Part shown: positions 1 through 5,733 of the stretch, piece by piece
How the letters are laid out: every line of letters starts with the position of its first letter
Position numbering within the stretch: position 1 is the stretch's first letter
Assembly (NCBI GenBank): GCA_965644295.1
Contig: CBFFRP010000170.1
Coordinates: forward strand, 1-9,597
Reading direction: 5' to 3'
DNA: 9,597 bases
Origin: Paraphysomonas bandaiensis
Taxonomy: Eukaryota > Protista > Chrysophyceae
The notes under the pieces: model-generated
Seen by the model: only the letters and a program-made list of their open reading frames with translations
Told to the model about the DNA's origin: nothing
Databases searched by the model: none
Program-made: the position numbers and the translations under genes

Positions 1-10
1 TCCCAGATGA

Positions 11-62
11 CATCACATCACATCACATGCTACTATTAATCACATCACATGCTGCTATTAAT
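11..62. repeat. (CATCA)n tract and overlapping 22-bp direct duplication
   Basis: CATCA x3 from position 11; CACATCACATGCT(A/G)CTATTAAT at 19-40 and 41-62. Confidence 0.85.
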
Positions 63-283
63 GTGGTGTTGATGTGATAGAAACTAACTGCACATGGAGA
101 TGAAGTGCATTTCAAAATATGTTCCTCGCACCGGACACATCTAGACATGCATGTGCGCCCAGATCGAGCACAGCGCAGCATAACATATAGAAAAACACGT
201 ACAAAAAAAATTTGAATTTGACCAAAAACGCCCCACAAGAGCGTCGAACACGCGTCATGAGTGTGTGGTGAGGACGCGGTGTG

Positions 284-1681
284 CATCACACTACACCGCA
301 ACCACACTGCACGAGCAGTGACTACAACACGCACATCGTGACCATAATACATATGCATAACTTAACACACACACACACATACACACATATAGAGGGATGG
401 ATCTTCTGAGTCAGTATCTTCTGGTGCTTAGATGGTGACATTGTTGATGACAGTGAGGAGTGCTCAGGAGGTGTGGTTTATCGGATGAGGTGTTCATTGT
501 TGTGTGGATCACACCTCCTGAGCACACAGACAGACACACACATACATACACACACCTCCGAATGCTGCAGAGGTCACACCACTCTCAGATGACACTTCTT
601 ACTATGTGGTTCAGAGTTGCAGGCTTATAACTGCCTTCCAGGAAGGTCTTCATGACAGTGTTTGGTCACGAGGCTGTCGTAAAGAGTCTCATACAGTGGA
701 TTGAGGAGTGTGGACTCGTGTAGAGAGGTCCAACAAGTACAAGCAGACGAAACATTATAACATCGTTTGATTGTGCACGTTAGAACACTTCCTATTCCCC
801 CTGCTTTGAGCCCACCTGAACATTGAACCCATCATACTACACCGCAACCACACTGCACGAGCAGTGCTTACAACACGCACATCATGACAATAATATATAT
901 ATATGCATAACTTAACACACCATACACATGCATACATATAGAGTGATGCATGTATCTTCTGAGTTAGTATCTTCTGATGTTAATATGGTGACATTGTTGA
1001 TGACAGTGAGGAGTGCTCAGGAGGTGTGGTTTATCGGATGAGGTGTTCATTGTTGTGTGGATCACACCTCCTGAGTACACAGACAGACACTCACATACAC
1101 ATACATCAGATTGCTGCAGAGCTGATACCACTCTCAGATGACACTTCTTACTATGTGGTTCAGAGTTGCAGGCTTATAACTGCCTTCCAGGAAGGTCTTC
1201 ATGACAGTGTTTGGTCACGAGGCTGTAGCACTGAGCCTCATACAGTGGATTGAGGAGTGTGGACTCGTGTAGAGAGGTCCAACAAGTACAAGCAGACGAA
1301 ACATTATAACATCGTTTGATTGTGCACGTTAGAACACTTCCTATTCCCCCTGCTTTGAGCCCACCTGAACATTGAACCCATCATACTACACCGCAACCAC
1401 ACTGCACGAGCAGTGCTTACAACACGCACATCATGACAATAATATATATATGCATAACTTAACACACCATACACATACATACATATAGAGTGATGCATGT
1501 ATCTTCTGAGTTAGTATCTTCTGATGTTAATATGGTGACATTGTTGATGACAGTGAGGAGTGCTCAGGAGGTGTGGTTTATCGGATGAGGTGTTCATTGT
1601 TGTGTGGATCACACCTCCTGAGCACACAGACACACACGTACACATACATCAGATTGCTGCAGAGCTGATACCACTCTCAGA
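284..1681. repeat. Tandem array A: ~547-bp unit, ~2.55 copies (starts at 284, 830, 1379), with internal (CA)n/(TA)n tracts and several inverted repeats
   Basis: CTACACCGCAACCACACTGC recurs at 291, 837 and 1386 (periods 546 and 549). Units 2 and 3 are near-identical; unit 1 differs in patches. Third copy truncated at 1681. Confidence 0.95.
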
Positions 1682-1682
1682 C

Positions 1683-2498
1683 ATGGCGACATATCCAACG
1701 ACGACCCGGAGGCGGAGGAAGAGATACCACGAAAGTGCACGAGCAGGGTAAGCAATACTGTTCATAAAGATGGTGACGGGGTCGTATGTCGTATATATGC
1801 GGTATTGTTCTGATTATTGTTGTGCGTTGTTACTATACACTGCACTAACTGTGTACATATGATGGTGTAGGAGAAGTGCAACGGGAAGAAGAATGTTGTC
1901 AACATTCGTGGCGACATATCCAACGACGACCCGGAGGCGGAGGAAGAGATACCACGAAAGTGCACGAGCAGGGTAAGTAATACTGTTCATAAAGATGGTG
2001 ACGGGGTCGTATGTCGTATATATGCGGTATTGTTCTGATTATTGTTGTGCGTTGTTACTATACACTGCACTAACTGTGTACATATGATGGTGTAGGAGAA
2101 GTGCAACGGGAAGAAGAATGTTGTCAACATTCGTGGCGACATATCCAACGACGACCCGGAGGCGGAGGAAGAGATACCACGAAAGCGCACGAGCAGGGTA
2201 AGTAATACTGTTCATAAAGATGGTGACGGGGTCGTATGTCGTATATATGCGGTATTGTTCTGATTATTGTTGTGCGTTGTTACTATACACTGTACTAACT
2301 GCTTATGATCCTTCACCTGCTTATGATCCTCCACCTACTAGCAATGTGCCCCCAGCGGCTGTTGCCGCGTCGTTTCCGAGCATAGGTACTAATACTACTG
2401 TAAGTAGTAGTGGTAAAGATGGCTATATGCGTATGCAATGTATCCGAAATCAGGCTATTCGGTTGGAGCGTTTGCAGTCTCAAGCGAAGCAGATGTAG
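1683..2498 (+). CDS. Putative spliced gene encoding a 141-aa Arg-rich repeat protein (join 1683-1747, 1871-1972, 2096-2197, 2342-2498)
   Basis: Splicing at GT(AAG)...ACTAAC...AG sites gives 426 nt open from ATG1683 to TAG2498: MATYPTTTRRRRKRYHESARAG-(RSATGRRMLSTFVATYPTTTRRRRKRYHESARAG)x2-NVPPAAVAASF...QAKQM. The one exonic substitution is synonymous in this frame, and AATAAA follows at 2559-2564. No homology recognised, and the repeated exon is open in all three frames. Confidence 0.3.
1748..1870 (+). other. Intron-like segment in array B copy 1 (123 nt)
   Basis: AGG|GTAAGC donor, T-rich body, branch-like ACTAAC at 1844-1849, TGTAG| acceptor. Confidence 0.65.
1973..2095 (+). other. Intron-like segment in array B copy 2 (123 nt)
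   Basis: Consensus donor GTAAGT, branch-like ACTAAC, TAG| acceptor; flanked by purine-rich 102-nt exon-like segments 1871-1972 and 2096-2197. Confidence 0.7.
2299..2334 (+). repeat. 18-bp tandem duplication (CTGCTTATGATCCT[T/C]CAC x2), coding-like AYDPSP/AYDPPP
   Basis: CTGCTTATGATCCT at 2299-2312 and 2317-2330. Confidence 0.85.
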
Positions 2499-2658
2499 CT
2501 ATATGAGAATATGATATTACAAAACACAAGTAATAATAGCAGGGCCAACTTTTAACGCAATAAATACTGCTAATAACAACTATACTTGCGACTTTTTCTT
2601 TATCTTTAACCTCTCAGATACAAATTACAGTAAAATAATAACTCAATACTTATATATG

Positions 2659-2687
2659 AAACCTGGTGAAATTGCTTTACCAGGTTT
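2659..2687. other. Inverted repeat/hairpin just 3' of the acyl-CoA synthetase gene
   Basis: AAACCTGGTGAA-ATTGC-TTTACCAGGTTT: 12-bp stem (one G-T), 5-nt loop, ~90 nt past the stop at 2779. Confidence 0.7.
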
Positions 2688-2778
2688 TGGTATTACCTCG
2701 ACTTTTACACACCAAGCACTTTATATCTAAAGTAGTGTAATTCACATATAAATCCCCACAAAGCAAAAGCGCGGGTGT

Positions 2779-4982
2779 CTATATTGACGGTTGACTCGCA
2801 TAATCGGTATACATTGATGCTATAAGGTCACTGTACTCTTCCACAACTACACTACGCTTTACTTTAAGTGTTGGGGTTAACTCACCTCTCTTTTCACATA
2901 AATCAATGGGTAAAAATTTCCATTTCTGGACAACTTGAGCTCTCGAACCAGCCTTCGCGTTAACTGCTTCCAACCCTCTGTTAATGTACTCATGCCATAG
3001 AGGATCAGATGCCGCTTGAGACACAGTCCTTGCAGTACTTCCAATTTGTGTGCATACATACCGCGGCTCTGTAGCTAAGACATTTGTGGGTAGTAAAGTC
3101 TCTGGGTCAATCTCAGTTTTTAGAGCCACGAGCATAGTCAGATACTTCATTTTATCGCCACAAACTACACAGTTCGATATACACGGCATATTAGTCTTTA
3201 CTTCATTTTCGATCTGCACAGGAGGAATGTTTTCTCCACCAGCAGTTATTATCAAATCTTTAATTCGACCTGTTATCTTCATGAATCCTGAAAGCGCTGG
3301 CATACCATATTGATTGTTGTCATCAAATTCAGCTATATCACCACTATGTAAGTAACCCTCGGTATCTATCGTCTCTGCCATCTTGTGCGGCATATGCATG
3401 TAGCCCATAAACACATGGCGACCGCGATAGCACAGCTCGCCAGTATCTCCATGAGTGATCGTTTCGGTACCTGGAATTGGGCGACCGCAGAATCCCATAC
3501 GCCACTGACCCGGACAACTGATGGTATGTGGCCCAGTACACTCAGATTGCCCAAAAACCTCGTAGATAGGGATATCAAGGGACGCGAAATAGTACAGAGT
3601 GTCTGTAGATATCGGCGCGGCGCCAGTGAAACAATACCGTGCCTAGTGAAACACCAATCAAAAGGCACGCTAAAGTTCAATACCCAACTATACACACTCG
3701 TAAATTTTACTATGAATACGTCCCTCGTAAAACTGGATACAAACATACCTGATCCAACCCCAGAAGATACTTAACTTTAGATAGAACTATTAAATTTGCT
3801 GCTTTGAACGTAACTGGCTCGCGATAATTTCTGCCAAATTGCATGCTCTGTGATTTCTTAGCCGCTACCCTCTTGGCCCACCTTGCAATCATCTTTTTAG
3901 ACCAAGTACTATGGCGTGCAGCGTGTTTTAATTTTTCTTCAATCTTTTCCCAGACTCTTGGCACTCCAAAAAAGAGCGTTGGACGAACATCCTTGAGAGT
4001 CTCAACGAGAGTGCCACGTAGTGCATCAGGCTGAGCGAAGTAAGTACAAGCCCCGCAATACATAGGTCCATGTATATCAATAACCTACGAGCATGTCAAT
4101 GTGAGAACAATAAATATTCTTGGGCAACATCATGTAAATAACGTACTCCTGATAGGAAGTTCGACTTAGCTCACATACCTGTCCGGCGATATGCGAGAGT
4201 GGAAGAAAGGACACGATCCTATCTGAATATCCCATATCCAGGTATGTATCAAACATATTCCGTACAGTCCATGTAATATTGTCATGAGACACCATTACTG
4301 CTTTCGGCGGACCAGTTGTACCGGAGGTGTAGATCAGTGTTGAGCAGTTGCCGGGATCTAGTGATGTATACCTTTGCTCAAGGTGTGTGTATTCCACATC
4401 GGTACCCAGGGCAAGAAACTGGTTAAAAGAGTATATAGGTACATTAAAAGCCACTCGACTAGAAGGATCAATATCCTCTCCATACACAACAAAACACTTC
4501 AAATTCGGAGTTTCATCACCACGACCAGCGTACTTCATGAGCTGTGTCTTATTCTCAACAACGACAACTTCAGCTTGACTATGAGTAGATATATACAAGC
4601 AAGCATCAGGAGTGCTAGTTTCATAAATACCAGCGGCAATACATCCCGCTACAATGGATCCACAGTTGGATATAAACCATTCAGGTGAATTGAACCCTAA
4701 AATATTAACAATACGAAACATACGCACATCCAACTTGAGTAACGACTTCGCGAACTTAACACACTCGTTCCAGTACTCTTGCCACGTCCACATCTCCCAG
4801 TCATGAGGAAGGACACCATTGATTTTGTTTTTACGAGCCATTGCATATGATGATCCATATTTCTTGACAGTGTTTTGAAAGGATGTTATGATGGTTACAG
4901 GAGGGATGGAGGAGGCTCCTGATGAACCCATACGGAGAGAGACTTTTGCATCTGGTTCAGATACCCATAGAGGGTTTGACAT
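2779..4982 (-). CDS. ACSBG: Long-chain fatty acyl-CoA synthetase, bubblegum/ACSBG-like (ANL adenylate-forming family); 3 exons: 4982-4179, 4084-3749, 3642-2779; 667 aa
   Basis: Three ORF-track pieces join in frame after removing two phase-0 GT-AG introns, giving ...LPLSHIAGQ|VIDIHGPMYCGACTYFAQPDALRGTL... and ...LLGLDQ|ARYCFTGAAPISTDTLYYFASLDIPIYEVFGQSECTGPHT.... Adenylation motifs present: LIYTSGTTGPPK (YTSGTTGPPK at 4302-4331), FGVPRVWEK, FGQSE, GYLHSGD, ITGRIKDLIITAGGENIPP, GELTPTLKVKR. FAQPDAL.GTL and ITAGGENIPP are typical of ACSBG. Exon lengths 804+336+864 nt. Confidence 0.93.
3643..3748 (-). other. Spliceosomal intron 2 of the acyl-CoA synthetase (106 nt, phase 0)
   Basis: Minus strand CAG|GTATGT...TTTCACTAG|GCA; removal restores LGLDQ-ARYCFTGAAP in frame with the 3498-2779 ORF. 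Confidence 0.9.
4085..4178 (-). other. Spliceosomal intron 1 of the acyl-CoA synthetase (94 nt, phase 0)
   Basis: Minus strand CAG|GTATGT...CTCGTAG|GTT; removal restores the conserved SHIAGQ-VIDIH...YFAQPDAL segment in frame. Confidence 0.9.
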
Positions 4983-5733
4983 GAGGGTACTTGGATCGTA
5001 GGTATAGTGTGGATGGAGAGGTAGAGGCGTGCTTAGCTCTCATACTTAAATGAGTGTTCTTCCCTCTGCACTGACGAACAGGACATTCAACAACAGAAAC
5101 AAATAGTCGGGGTTTCTAAGGTTATAATATGTATATTTCGGGTTTTATCACACTAAAATCCCCCATATTAAGCGTGAATACAATGAATACTGTACATATA
5201 CGACAGGACTGAGATATGAAACAGTCCTCTACTTCAAAACTTCAAGAGCTGCTGCACCTGTATATATACTGTAAATAGCAATAGTTATATACTGGGGTGC
5301 AATGAAGCCAATGAAGCCCTTACTGGTATGGAAGCAAAAGAATAGCTATTTCATTTATTGCATTCATTGTCGATTTAAAGTTGGTGATACTACTCGATTA
5401 CTCGTACTATTGCAACAGTCAACAAGTACAGTAGAACACAGGAATACAGTGCCATATACTACAGTAGTATTATAGTCGACCTGCTGCTGCTGCTGTATAA
5501 TATCCTAAACTCTGGAACATTCACAGAACAATCCAATTTTTGGACTTCTTCACCTCCGGAAGAGTGCAGCAGAACAGTATCCAGGATACGGATACCGTCA
5601 TACAGCTCACCCATACCTAGATAATGCTAGACATGCGTGTGTTTCATATGGATTCGTCTCATTCTATTGATCATAATTTCATTGAATATAGTCTGATAAA
5701 ACTATTACTATACTGTTACCTTGGAGGTGAAAA
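4983..5733. promoter_or_regulatory. 751-bp divergent intergenic region, probably holding both promoters/5' UTRs
   Basis: Head-to-head start codons at 4982 (-) and 5734 (+); AT-rich, no ORF of 60 aa or more. No specific core element can be assigned. Confidence 0.5.
5481..5495. repeat. (CTG)5 microsatellite
   Basis: CTGCTGCTGCTGCTG read directly. Confidence 0.9.

Larger units (their letters stand above)
1684..2301. repeat. Tandem array B: 225-bp unit, ~2.75 near-identical copies (starts at 1684, 1909, 2134)
   Basis: TGGCGACATATCCAACGACGACCCGG recurs at exact 225-bp intervals with only a few substitutions (GTAAGC/GTAAGT, AAGTGC/AAGCGC, TGCACTAAC/TGTACTAAC). Confidence 0.97.

Noticed and set aside
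506-519. GGATCACACCTCCT resembling the bacterial 16S 3' end
   Set aside because: Imperfect short match with no flanking rRNA sequence; it is the hairpin's 3' arm.
444-521. C/D snoRNA (TGATGA...GGATGA...CTGA) in array A, and a similar box pattern at 9283-9341
   Set aside because: The D box is buried in the 16-bp stem, terminal stems are weak, and no rRNA-complementary guide of 10 nt or more was recognised.
737-776. Hammerhead ribozyme in array A (GACGAAAC)
   Set aside because: No CUGANGA core found on either strand of the unit. CTGATGA at 9325 lacks a nearby GAAA.
23-2190. ORF-track ORFs in the repeat region (23-358, 755-937, 1026-1253, 1304-1498, 1560-1751, 1762-1965, 1987-2190)
   Set aside because: Short, run through CA/TA microsatellites, recur only because the DNA is repeated, and have no recognisable motifs.
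284-2301. CRISPR-like array
   Set aside because: Units are 225 and ~547 bp with no unique spacers, no cas genes, and the context is eukaryotic.
1-2700. Helitron or TIR element enclosing the arrays
   Set aside because: No correctly placed hairpin+CTRR end, terminal inverted repeats, target-site duplication or transposase was found.
2779-2790. Peroxisomal PTS1 at the synthetase C-terminus
   Set aside because: Ends in -PSI, which does not fit the SKL-type consensus.
2877-4688. Alternative-frame and antisense ORFs over the acyl-CoA synthetase
   Set aside because: Shadows of the real spliced CDS.
2779-4982. Reading the three synthetase ORFs as a frameshifted pseudogene or separate genes
   Set aside because: Two canonical introns join them into one intact 667-aa protein.
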